Positions 29,778 through 42,999 of a stretch of DNA of 64,000 nt are shown here, piece after piece (position 1 is the stretch's first letter; each line of letters begins with the position of its first letter). This stretch comes from the human T2T-CHM13v2.0 reference genome, Homo sapiens. Both the position numbers and the translations under genes were made by a program. Location: the NCBI RefSeq assembly GCF_009914755.1, contig NC_060936.1; one strand, given 5' to 3'. The notes beneath the pieces are model-generated. The model had not been told where the DNA came from and searched no databases. It saw only the letters and a program-made list of their open reading frames with translations.

Positions 29778-32700
29778 TTTCAACAGGACACCTTTCCCTT
29801 TACATTCCAACCAGAACTTTCAAAACCTAAGAGTAATTTACATAAAAAGTTTCTGCCTCTCATGAAAACTCAGGTTCTCACATTGCCAAGCTGAAGTTGA
29901 ATTTCAGTGAAGCAAGATGGATTTAGGTTAGACCCCTCCTCCAGACTCTCAAAAATCTTTCTGAGCAGTGTATTTGTTTTGTTCAAGAATATGACTTGCT
30001 GTATGGAGAATGTCATGGAACAGACTGGTTTCTAATGTCACAATATCCGTGGAAGAAAAAGGTGGGAAAGCACATGAGTTTTCAACCTTCCCGACTTGAG
30101 AATTTCACAGTCCTATGGGGGCTTCTCAGGGTCTGCCATCCCCATCCCATTTTCTCTCCTAGTCTAAGAAGCTGAAGTCCAGCATTGCCTCCCAGCTTGA
30201 GAATCGCTTTGTAGGCACTGGCACACCTAACCCATGGAGAGCTGGGAGGGAGTGCACTTTTAGAGCACTTAACAGTGACAAGAGCTTCCCTTTATTCTCT
30301 TCTCCCTGCTATTTGACAAACAAAAGAGTTGTTTAATCACAGAAAGCAGACCGAAGTGGAGTTTTTTTTTTTTTTATCTTGAGCCATTCACTAACGGGAT
30401 CAAATTTGTGTTGCCTTTGAAGAAATGAAAAAGAGTGGCTTCTTTTCCTTCTTCTTTCCTGTTCCATCAGCTTCGAAAAAAAAAAAAGCAAGTAATTATT
30501 TGAAGAAAAAATGCTTACGGACATAGAAAGTTCCCTATTGGTTAAAGATGCATAATCAAACCTTTGAGCTAATGCTATCTAAGAAGCTGTTCAATATATT
30601 TTTCTCTTTTTTGTTCTACTATGTTTTTACAAGCCCTCTGATGAAGGGCTTCACATTTTTTGCCATCTGTCTTACTGGGACTGCCTAGAATGGGGGGGTG
30701 GTTCAACAGCTAGGTTAATCTAAAGGTTTCTTGGAAGTGTAGGCTAGTGTACAGGGAGAAGGAAATATAGAGGCAGAAACTTTGCATATGTTATCTCATG
30801 TAACCCTCACAACAATACTAACAGATAAATATTGTTCTCAGCACTTTATAGATAAGGAGACTGAGGCTCATGAAAGTTCAGGCTAGACGAGGTAACGTGA
30901 AGATTTTGGGGAGTCTTGGCCCTCAGGTGAGAGTCAGAACAAGGAGGCTGATTCTGCTAATTTGACATCCACTGAAATACTTCGTTGACTCACCCTAGTT
31001 GCACTCTTTGCCTTCAGAATTACTCATCCTTACTCTAACAATATTAAACCCCAAGCTGCTATTGTAATGTGGGTAGTTTTTTTTTCCTCTTCTCTTCACA
31101 TGGGATGATGTAGAACAAATTAAAGTCTTCCCACCTTCCTGACAGCTCAGAAAGAATAAGCAAAGTAGAGCAGCAACATGCTCGTTGAAAAATAGATACC
31201 AGGTTCTCTAAGAAAAAAAAAAAGAGTGAATCACCTACTGGTGCTGGTCAATGCTGGGGTTCACTGACCACTTTGGAGAAGTCCCACTGTTCTAGCACAT
31301 GGACTGCACCTGCTCACTAAGTGACTAAAAACATCCATATAAAGCCACCAAGGCAGGTTTCGGAAACCTGCCCAGTACAGTCAATTCCCTTCTGCAATTC
31401 TTTTCCACTGTACTATGGGCAATGACCTACTGGTCTACAAGGGTCATATCCTCAAATACAAAAAGACGAGTTGGAGGGAGTAGGATTAAGGTTGAGGTGG
31501 GGACAATTCAGGTGGTAATGATCAGCTGTGTGAATCCACTCTTTTATTCAAATATTCCTGTAATCACTCAGTAATATTTATTGAGGCCCCACCATGTGCC
31601 TGAACCTGTTTAGTGTGTTGAGATTATAGCTATGAACAAGACAGATGTTATCTGCCCACAAGGAGTGTTTACTAGTAGATAAGGGGAGTGCAGATAGCTT
31701 TGAGTGATGAATTACATTATGTATTATATAATTATAACATGTGACAGTTGTTTCAAAGAAGCTCTGGGTATGTGTAATGGGAGGGGGGCTGATGTCACGG
31801 GGGAAGTCAAGCTAGTCTTTTTCTAAGGGGGCAGATTTTGAATTGAGATCTTAAGGATGAGTAAGAATTAGCTAGGTGAGATGTGGGTGGCAGTGGGGGT
31901 GAGAATGAGTGTCCCAGGCAGAGACAACTGCTGTGCAAAAGATTCAAGGGGGAAGAAAACAAAAGCGTGGTGAGCTCTTCTTCTATCACTGCACCTTCTA
32001 CCCCAGTGTTGTGATATTCTGTTGCCTGCACAGAATGAGCCTAACCAATGGAGACTCCCAGGGATTCTTACCTATTTGGGAATCTAAAGTCCCTTGGAGA
32101 GTCTGATGAAAACGCAATAGTTTTATTCCAGGATAATGCACATAGACATATAAGCACAACCTTTTCAGGGAATTTATTGACCCCCATAGACCTCTGGCTT
32201 CAAAACGAAGTACAAATGCATTAGTGGGACATTCAAGCCCCTTGTACTTCTCCAGACTCTTCTCTGGCTGCTTCCCCATTTCCAACACCCAGGAACGGAG
32301 CCACTTCTGGGAAGAGGCTCTGTTCTCTCTGCCTCTTGTGTTAGCCACCTATTCTCTGTCCTCTGCCTGAGACCCCCTCTGCTTCCACCCAACACTTCTG
32401 GGGCTCATGCTTATCTTTAAAGGCTCAGCTCAGCCATCGCTTCCCCCAAGAATTATTTCATAACTCCCTCAGACTGGGCCAAGGATCCCCCTCAAAGGCT
32501 TCCCCTACTAAAGTGATCCCTCTGAATTCTGCGTTTCACCTTTTTTATGGTTTGTCCGCCTCCTACTGGACTGTGAGCTCCTTGAGGGCAGGAGCCATGG
32601 TTATAGCTAGACCCTCAGTGCCTAGTATAACACTGTGCTCTAGGAGATGCTCAGTAAATATTTCCTGAACAAACGAATGGAGTGTGCTAATTCTTGTCCC

Positions 32701-33084
32701 CAGACATTCACTTCCTAGCCCCGAAGCTTGGATTCCTACGTGACCCAAACCCCCCTGCAATGTGAGAATTCAGCCTCCAGCTAACTCCCCGGCAAGGGTC
32801 TCTAGTTCACGATGATCGTTATTCTTAGGCCTTCTATTCCCATCTCTCTGAGCAACAGGAGCTACTGTGAAGTTATTCACCTCAACTAAAGCCCACGCTA
32901 CAGCAACAGGCCCTTTGCCTCTTGTAAGAAACTTTGTAGGTTTACTTCTGTTATTGCATCACTCCCCTTATTCCAGCACCCAGTGGACATCTTAAACATT
33001 AACATCTAAGGACATTATTACTTCTTACTGACATCTACTACACACTTAATCCAGATCCGACCTGTCCTGGGGTAGTCTTTTTTA

Positions 33085-33405
33085 AAAACTTTGCTCCTCA
33101 AAGTGTGGTTTGGGCACCAGCACTCCCTGGGAGCTGGCTAGAAATATGGAATCTCTGGCCCCACCTCCGGCCTGCTGAATCAGAATTTACATTTTAATAA
33201 GATTCCCAGCTGATTCTTGGAAAGCACTAGAACACACTGTTTCTTAAATTTGATGCACCTTGGAATCATCTGGGGAGCTTAAAAAAAGAGGGGGACAGGC
33301 ACAATCTCGGATCAAGTCAATCAGACTCTTTGGATGTGGAGTTCATGCATCAGTAACTTTAAAACCGTTTAGGTGATCTAATGCGCCACCAGGGTCCAGA
33401 AGCAT
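33085..33405. mobile_element. Adjacent MER5A/MER5B fragments
   Basis: ctcaaagtgtgg...gggagctggctagaaatatggaatctc...ctgaatcagaat, then a second copy ttggaatcatctggggagctt. Confidence 0.75.
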
Positions 33406-34184
33406 TGGGATGAGATGATCTATCAGCATCAGCAGCATCAGCACCATTATCATATCAATCCCTATGAGATAGGTACTATTATTGCCCCATTTGACAGATG
33501 TGTAGACTGAGGCTCAGAGAGGGGTTATCTGTTACTGTAAGTGACAAAGTTGATAAGTGGAAGAGTCAGGAATTTGTACCCAGGTTTGCAGCCTCCATCC
33601 CAAATCCACACTCTTCACAAACAAGGTTTTCTACCTCCTGCTGTACTAAGGCTCGAGCTTATATCATGGGTGGGCATCTTATTCCTCCAAATTTTGCTTT
33701 TCTGTTATTTAGCAAGCTTTCTTTCATAGGACTAGCCCAGAGTTCTGAAGTCAGAACATTCTCACCAATTTTCATTGCTTCCTAACTTTTCCCAAGATGT
33801 AGGTGCCTTCCCTCAAGCACTTGAGCAAAAGTGTTCTAATTTTATTCCTATCCATTTCTGGACTTATTTCTTCCACACTATTCTGCCCACCCAGTCTCTT
33901 AGGTTGACAGTTGTAGAGACAGGAACATTTTTGTGCTTGGCCCAGTATTGGAAAAGCTGACTGCAGAAAATGAGACTCTCCTCCCCAGGGGATACCCAGC
34001 GCTCGACACTGGCCTTGATCATGGCTCTCTGGTTTCTCCCCTCTATCTGTTATTATCCACTGGGATTCACAGAAAGTCCAGGAGTCCAGTTACAACTCTA
34101 CTGCCTCCCCAATGCTGTGTGACCTCAGAAAGATCCTGCACCCACTCCAGGCTTCAATTTCTTGACAGTTAAAAAGAGGGTTCG

Positions 34185-34772
34185 GTTCTTCAAAATGTTA
34201 ACCATAGAATTACCACATGATCCAGCAATCTCACTCCTAAAAGAATTGGAAGCAGGGACTCAAACAGATATTTGTACACCAATGTTCAGAATAGCATTAT
34301 TTACAATAGCCAAAAGGTGGAAGCAACTCGAGTGTTCATCAACAAAAATATACATAGGCAGAATGTGGTATATCTATACGATGGAATATTATTTAGCCAC
34401 AGAAAGGAATTAAGTGCTGAGACATACTACGGTGTGGATGAATCTCAAAAACATTAATTTTGGTGAAGTAAGCCAGACACAAAAGGACAAATATTGTATG
34501 ATTCCAGTTACATGAAGCACCTAGAATTTAAAAAAAAATTATAGAAAGGGAACATAGAATACAGGTTACCAAGATCTGGGGCAGTGGGTGGTTGGAAGAG
34601 AGGGGAGTTATTACATAATGGTAGCTTGTTTTGGATAATGAAAAAGTTCTGGAAATGGAACTGGTGATGATTGCACAATGTTGTGAACATACTTAATGCC
34701 CTTGAGTTATACACTTAAAAATAATTAAAGTGGTAAATTTCGTGTCACATGTATTTTACCACAACAAAAAAA
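34185..34772 (+). mobile_element. L1MB 3' end
   Basis: IELPHDPAI...ICTPMFRIALFTIAKRWKQ ORF2 remnant followed by an L1MB-type 3' UTR. Confidence 0.85.
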
Positions 34773-34884
34773 TGCAAGTATAAAGATTGAATAGGTGAGT
34801 CTATAAGGTTAGTGATCCTGTAAAGTTAACTTCAACTTTCTAGGCCTAGGTAAGAAGCCACTGATTTTGCTATTCATTTCTATT

Positions 34885-35196
34885 TTTATTTTATTTTAAT
34901 TTATTAATTATTTTTGAGATATGTTCTCACTCTGTCACACAAGCTGGAGTGCAGTGGCATGAACACAACTCACTGTAGCCTCCACCTCTTGGGCTCAAGC
35001 AATCGTCCCGCCTCAGCCTCCTGTGTATCTGGGACCACAGGCACGTGCCACCATGCTGGACTAAATTTTTTATTTTTTGTAGAGATGGGGTTTCATTTTG
35101 TTACCCAGACTGGTCTCAAATTCCTGGGCTCAAGCAATCCTCCAGCCTCAGCCTCCCAAATTGCTGGGATTACAGGCATGAGCCATCATGCCCAGC
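34885..35196 (-). mobile_element. AluJ-like
   Basis: Diverged dimer with ggctcaagcaatc in both arms. Confidence 0.95.
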
Positions 35197-36629
35197 TTTA
35201 TTTTAAATATACTTACTTAGTCCTCACCCAGCCTCCTTCTGGGGCTGGCTGTATCACATCCATGGCAGTGTTCCAAATGCTTACCTGTGTTCTAATGTGG
35301 GTCTTTCTCACCAATCTGTGGCAACAGGAGAAAAACACAGTATGGGCAATGCTGGGAGCTTGTCAGCAAGTGAGATTTAGTCCATTTAGGAGCAAAGTCT
35401 TTAATTCTGAGATAATGTTTTTCACTTCCCTACATTTTGGGTTTAAAATGTATTTCATTTTCTGAAATGATCATGATAATTTATGATAGTTGATTCTTTT
35501 AAAAAATTGTCTATGCTTGACAGAAAAAGTGACAGCCTCTATTTATTTCATTTATTTACATTTAAAAAGTTATGCTTGTTTGTGTAAACCCAATATCCAG
35601 GGACATTTGTTCTAACTTGGAAGGAGTCAATATCCTGAGAAGGATGGATGGACCGAGGGACAGAAAGCTCAATGATACTTTGAGCAATGGCCAAGGAGAA
35701 AGAGCTCATTAATGGACTCCAAGTTTATGAGGCTCCCCTCAAATCATACCTGCCTTCTTGCTCCCCCACCCACCTTCTTCATCATTGTCCTTCCATGGTT
35801 TGTCTTTACGCACTTAATCTACTTGGGCTCCCTGCCTTCTTCTTGCTGGTTTTGACCTCTGAGCTATTTTGAGTCTACTTTCTGAATTACTTCCTCCCTT
35901 ATCCTTTTTACTTCACCTTATTGTCCTGAAAAAAAAATTCAATGCCTGCCTTTTTCTGGAAGACATCCCAGGTAACGCACCTGGTCTAGAGCTCCTCTCC
36001 TCTGAGCCCCCTCAGAGTCTATCTATTTTGATGACCATTGTGGGAATTCCATGGTGAGAATTGCCATGGGCTTTGTGCTTCCTTTATTCACTGAGTTTGC
36101 TGATTGAAAGCACCTACTATGTGCAGAGTACTGCATTGGGGGAGTGGTGATACACTAGGGTGAGCAAGGCAGACTGTTTTCCTCCTTTATCCAGTTACAT
36201 TTTAGTAGAGGGAGACAGACAACAAACACATACTAAACGAGATGATTGCAGGTGCGGCTAAGAGTTATAAGAATAAACCAAGCTGATGGGAGAGGGAAGC
36301 AGAAGGACCACTTATTGTGGGATGATCAGAGGAAGTACCATTTGAACTGAGATCTCAATAAAGAGGAGTTCATATTTTAAAAATCTGGAGGTAGAATGTT
36401 TCAGGCAAATGCAACAGCAAACACAAAGGCTTAGAAGTAGTAACAAGCTCAGCAATTTTGAGGAACACTTATGAAGCGAAAATCCAAGTGTCATGTCACT
36501 GCTCTTATCAAAGTCCCTCCAAAGCACATTACCCTAAACATAAAACTTCAGTCACATCAGGCTTCTCATGATCTGGTTTCTCCTCTTCTCTCCAACCACA
36601 CTTCTGACCACTCAACCATGAAATTCTGT

Positions 36630-36840
36630 ACTGAGTGTTTTTCAAGCTTAAACTTGAATTAGAGCCACCTGGAGAGCCTGTCAAAACACAGATTGCTGGG
36701 TTCCATCTTGTACAGTTTCTTTTGCTGCATAGAAGCTCTTAAGTCAATAAGGCTATGGTAGCGCCTCGGAATTTGCATTTTTATCAAGTTCCCAGGAGAC
36801 GCTGATGCTGTCAGCCCCGACTCCGCTTCAAGAAACACAG
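36630..36840. mobile_element. MER5A
   Basis: cacctggagagcctgtcaaaacacagattgctggg...aatttgcatttttatcaagttcccagg. Confidence 0.75.
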
Positions 36841-37530
36841 CATTACTGTAAGCAAAGTGAGTTCTGTCTTACCTCTGGGTCTTTGTACATGGAGAGCTCT
36901 CTCCCTGAGGTGCCTCCACCCTTTCCCTGCCTCTTTGGCTTGGATCACTCATACTTTGGGTCTTAATTTTCCCTGATTGCACCAACACAGAGAAGAATTC
37001 TTTTTTCATGCATCTCCTCAGCCTTCTAAGTTTAGCCCTTAATATCACAGATTACTCCACCCACACCCTGGATTGGAGGCAGAGATGTTTTCCTACTGCT
37101 TTGTTGAAACCTCAACACTTGGTATAATGCCTGGCACTTAGTCTGTGCCCAATAAATTTTGTTAATATGTTACAATAATTAGAAAGGGCATGTGACTTGA
37201 GTTACTTTTTTAGCAGTCAGCCACACTATCTCCGTGGTTTGGGGCTGGAGCCATGTTAAGTGGCCCACTTAATATTAACTCTGGCTTCATTCAACTCATA
37301 TGGAAACCCACTGATCTATCTTTCCAGGTCAATGCCATCTTCCTTTCTTATTTATAAGTTTCTGCAAGCAGGGAGTCTAGCCATCGTTGCTGAATTTCCC
37401 AACCTCCTCATCTCCCAGGAGACCCCATCCAGCCCCAGAATCACCTGGTCTTGCTGCCCTCTGGTCACTGTCACATTCTTCATGTTTCTCAGACATAGGT
37501 TTTTTGTTTGTTTGTTTGTTTGTTTTAAGG

Positions 37531-40500
37531 TTTCTTTTTTTTTAAATTATACTTTAAGTTCTAGGATACACGTGCAAAACATGCAGATTTGTTACATAGG
37601 CATACATGTAGCCATGGTGGTTTGCTGCACTCATCAACCCATCATCTACATTAGGTATTTCTCCTAATGCTATCCCTCCCCTAGCCCCCTACCCCCCGAT
37701 AGGCCCCAGTGTGTGATGTTCCCCTGCCTGTGTCCATGTGTGTTCTCAGTGTTCAACTCCCACTATGAGTGAGAACATGCAGTGTTTGGTTTTCTGTTCC
37801 TGTGTTAGTTTGCTGAGAATGATGGTTTCCAGCTTCATCCATGTCCCTGCAAAAGACATGAACTCTTCCTTTTTTATGGCTGCATAATATTCCATGGTGC
37901 ATATATGTCACATTTTCTTTATCCAATCTATCATTGATGGACATTTGGGTTTGTTCCAAGTCTTTGCTATTGTGAATAGTGCTGCAATAAACATACATGT
38001 GCATGTGTCTTTATGGTAGCATGGTTTATAATCCTTTGGGTATATACCCAGTAATGGGATTGCTGGGTCAAATGGTATTTCTGGTTCTAGATCCTTGAGG
38101 AATCGCCACACTGTCTTCCATAGTGGTTGAACTAATTTACATTCCCACCAACAGTGTAAAAGTGTTCCTATTTTGCCACATCCTCTCCAGCATCTGCTGT
38201 TTCCTGACTTTTTAATGATCGCCATTCTAACTAGTGTGAGATGGTATCTCATTGTAGTTTTGATTTGCATTTCTCTAATGACCAATGATGATGAGCATTT
38301 TTTCATATGTTTTTTGGCCGCATAAATGTCTTTTTCTGAGAAATGTCTGTTTCTATCCATTGCCCACTTTTTGATGGGGTTGTTTTTTTCTTGTACATTT
38401 GTTTAAGTTCCTTGCAGATTCTGGATATTAGCCCTTTGTCAGATAGATGGATTGCAAAAGTTTTCTCCCATACTGTAGGTTGCCTGTTCACTCTCATGAG
38501 AGTTTCTTTTGATGTGCAGAAGCTCTTTAGTTTAATTAGATCCCATTTGTCAATTTTGGTTTATGTTGCCATTGCTTTTGGTGTTTTAGTCATGAAGTCT
38601 TTGCCCATGCCTATGTCCTGAAAGGTATTGCCTGGATTTTCTTCTAGGGTTTTTATGGTTTTAGGTCTTATGTTTAAGTCTTTAATCCATCTTGAGTTAA
38701 TTTTTGTATAAGGTGTAAGGAAAGGGTCCAATTTCAGTTTTCTGCGTATGGCTAGCCAGTTTTCCCATCACCATTTATTAAACAGGGAATCCTTTCCCCA
38801 TTTCTTGTTTTTGTCAGGTTTGTCAAAGATCAGATGGTTGTAGATGTGTGGTGTTATTTCTGAGGCCTCTGCTCTGTTCCATTGGTCTATATATCTGTTT
38901 TGGTACCAGTACCATGCTGTTTTGGTTACTGTAGCCTTGTAGTATAGTTTGAAGTCAGGTAGCATGATGCCTCCAGCTTTGTTCTTTTTGCTTAGGATTG
39001 TCTTGGCTATATGGGCTCTTTTTTTGATTCCATATGAAATTTAAAGTAGTTTTTTCTAATTCTGTGAAGGAAGTCAATGGCAGCTTGATGGGGATAGCAT
39101 GGAATCCATAAATTACTTTGGGCAGTATGGCCATTTTTATGATATTGGTTCTTCCTATCCATGAGCATGGATTGTTTTTCCATTTGTTTGTGTCCTCTCT
39201 TATTTCCTTGAGCAGTGGTTTGTAGTTCTCCTTGAAGAGGTCCTTGTAAGTTTTATTCCTAGGTATTTTATTCTCTTTGTAGCAATTGTGAATGAGTGTT
39301 CACTCATGATTTGGCTCTGTTTATCTATTACTGGCGTGTAGGAATGCTTGTGAGTTTTGCATATTGATTTTGTATCCTGAGACCTTGCTGAAGTTGCTCG
39401 TCAGCTTAAGGAGTTTTGGGGCTGAGACAATGGGATTTTCTAAATATATAATCATGTCATCTGCAGACAGAGACAATTTGACTTCCTCTCTTCTTATTTG
39501 AATGCCCTTTATTTCTTTCTCTTGCCTGATTGCTCTGGCCAGAACTTCAAATACTATGTTGAATAGGAGTGGTGAGAGAGGGCATCCTTGTCCTGTGCCA
39601 GTTTTCAAGGGAAATGCTTTCAGCTTTTCCCCATTCAGTAGGATATTAACTATGGGTCTGTCATAAATAGCTCTTATTATTTTGAGATACGTCCCGTCAA
39701 TACCTAGTTTATTGAGAGTTTTTATCATGAAGGGGTGTTGAATTTTATTGAAGGACTTTTCTGAATCTATTGAGATAATCATATGGTTTTTGTTATTGGT
39801 TCTGTTTATGTGATGGATTATGTTTATTGATTTGCATATGTTGAACCAGCCTTGCAGCCCAGGGATGAAGCTGACTTGATCGTGGTGGTTAAGCTTTTTG
39901 ATGTGCTGCTGGATTCAGTTTGCCAGCATTTTATTAAGGATTTTTGCTTTGATGTTCATTAGGGATATTGGCCTGAAATTTTCTTTTTTTTTGTTGTGTT
40001 TCTGCCAGGTTTTGGTATCAAGATGATGCTGGCCTCATTAAATGAGTTAGGGAGGAGTCTCTCTTTTTATGTTGTTTGGAATAGTTTCAAAAGGAATGGT
40101 ACCAACTCCTCTTTGTACCTCTGGTAAAATTCAGCTGTGAATCTGTCTGGTCCTGAGCTCGTTTTGGTTGGTAGGCTATTAATTACTGGCTCAATTTCAG
40201 AACTTGTTATTGGTCTATTCAGGGATTCGACTTCTTCCTGGTTTAGTCTTGGGAGGGTGTATGTGTCCAGGAATTTATCCATTTCTTGTAGATTTTCTAG
40301 TTTATTTGTGTGGAGGTGTTTATAGTATTATCTGATGGCAGTTTGTATCTCTGTGGGATCAGTGGTGATGTTCCCTTTATTATTTTTTATTGTGTCTATT
40401 GGATTCTTCTCTTTTCTTCTTTATTAGTCTGGCTAGCAGTCTGTCTATTTTCTTAATATTTTCAAAACACCAGCTCCTGTATTCATCGATTTTTTGAAGG

Positions 40501-40723
40501 GTTTTTCACATCTCTGTCTCCTTCAGCCCTGCTCTAATCTTAATTATTTCTTGTCTTCTGCTAGCTTTTGAATTTGTTTGCTCTTGCTTCTCTAGTTCTT
40601 CTAATTGTGATGTTAGAGTGGCGATTTTAGGCCTTTCCTGCTTCCTCCTATAGGCATTTAGTGCTATAAATTTCCCTCTTAACACTGCTTTATCTGTGTC
40701 CCAGAGATTCTGGTATGTTGTGT
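37531..40723 (-). mobile_element. 5'-truncated L1PA (3' UTR plus ORF2 RT/C-terminal part, disrupted)
   Basis: ORF fragments match L1 ORF2p (e.g. [60 protein letters not shown]), with multiple stops and frameshifts and a poly-T tail. Confidence 0.97.
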
Positions 40724-40925
40724 ACCATTACACGTAGGTCCTTAAGACACCACAGGTGCCTTCTACTCAGCATGACAAAAAGCAAGTGAGGTAGTTAGGA
40801 GCTGGACACTTAGCCAGAGAGCTCGGCTCAGTCACCCTGGATGGTGAATATAGAAATACTCCCATTTAACTTGGGAAATAGCTTCTCCTATGATCTCACT
40901 CCAGTGCCCACGCCCTCTTCACTGA

Positions 40926-41333
<408 letters not shown>

Positions 41334-42879
41334 TGAGTTGTTAAGTGCTTTGCATATTACTCCTGGGTAAGAGCATGGGCTTTGGGCTCAGAAAGACCAA
41401 GATTTAAATTCCAGCTTTTCCATCTACCACCACTGCGTGACCTTAGACAAGACATTTTATCTCGCTGAGTCTCAGCTTCATCATACACAAAGGATGGATT
41501 CCAATAACAGCTCCCTCATTGCGTTGGTATAAGAAGGGAACGAGATGACATTTGTACTTAGTTCCAATGCAAGGCACATAGGAATCATTCAACAAATGCT
41601 AATTTCTGCTGTTATTAAAATTATTGTTATGAGTATTCTCAGGAAAGAAAAATACAAAGAAGCTACAGAGTGTCATTCCTAAGAGGACCCTCAAGCCCAG
41701 GAGTTGCAATGGTCAAGAGGGGAAATGTATATGCATGAAAAAGCCTGGATGAAATGCAATTAGGAGTGGGGGTCTGTGGCAAAAGGAGAACATTTTCCTT
41801 ACCTATAGTCATTCACATTCTCGATTCTTAAATACATTGTGGCCATCAAACAAAAAACACATCTGTAAGCCAGATTCATACTCTGGGCTGCCAGTCTGAG
41901 ACCTCTGAGAGCCTAACCCTGTAATTTTACAGATGGCAAAACTGAGACTGGGACTTAGGAGTAAGCGTTGCCTAAGTTCAATGAGGACCAGAATGCTGGC
42001 CCTTCAAGCCTTCAATGCATTGCCCAACCTCATCTAAAGTCCTCCTTGAAGGAGATCAGACTGGGAGTTATGGCTTGTTGCTCATATTCCTGAATAATAG
42101 ATCTAGGGAATCCTTCATAAAGTCTAATTGAAAGAGATTTTTAAAAAACAGCATTTATCACCTTTCTAAAGACAAAATTCTATGGCACATTTATTATACT
42201 CATGAATACATCCCCCTCATCCCCCGCCATGGAAAAATAAAAGAGAAATCCACTCTAGATGTTCTGGCTGTCTGACCTCAGACAAGTCCCTTCACTTCTT
42301 ACAGAGACTGCTTCAAAGGGTCACTGTGAGAATTAAATGTGAATATGTACATAAAGCGCTCATACCAAAGAGGAAAGATTAAACGCTCCAGAAGTTATTC
42401 TGGGTTTTTGGGTTGTCAGGAGCCTACATAGAATCTGGCTTGCCTGTAAGGCAAACTAAGTTTCCAGGAGGAAAATGATGCATTAACAATTGTGGTCACG
42501 TCACAACACTGACTATCAATTTATTCACTAATTACTTCTGCAACATCCAATCCAGGGGCAAGGCGAAAGGGAGGGTGCTGCTGCAGAGAGCTTTCTCCCA
42601 AAGCCCCTGGATGCAGAAGACACTCGTTTTCAGTTCTGCCTCCAAATCTTCTGTGTACAAGGGCATATGAACAGCCTTGAGTTTCTCTTCCTTGTCCTTT
42701 TTTTTTTTCTCCCAAACCAAAGGTCAGTTGCCTTTGTCTTCTGCTTCAAAGCATTCCAGGAGAGAATTCTGTACTCCTTTCAGTAGAAAAGAGTAACAGA
42801 CAAGACAAAGCAAGCACATTCAAAAGTTGCAGCCTATCTTTAAAGGCAGAAGGCACTTGAGGCTATATATATAGTATAG

Positions 42880-42887
42880 ACACACAC

Positions 42888-42926
<39 letters not shown>
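42880..42926. repeat. (CA)n microsatellite
   Basis: About 23 units with one CG interruption. Confidence 0.95.
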
Positions 42927-42928
<2 letters not shown>

Positions 42929-42999
42929 TAAGAGCCATGACAGATAGAGAGATGCTTTCAGATGCAAAACTGGATTCTTTTAGGCAAGCTTTTTTTCCA

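Noticed and set aside
34914-35465. 183-aa ORF, and similar ORFs at 3840, 5156, 15088, 15604, 20945, 25042 and 41004
   Set aside because: Translations of Alu sequence (LECSG...PASAS... signature).
37753-40325. Several ORFs with reverse-transcriptase-like protein sequence
   Set aside because: Broken fragments of L1 ORF2p in a 5'-truncated L1PA. Not an intact or novel RT system.
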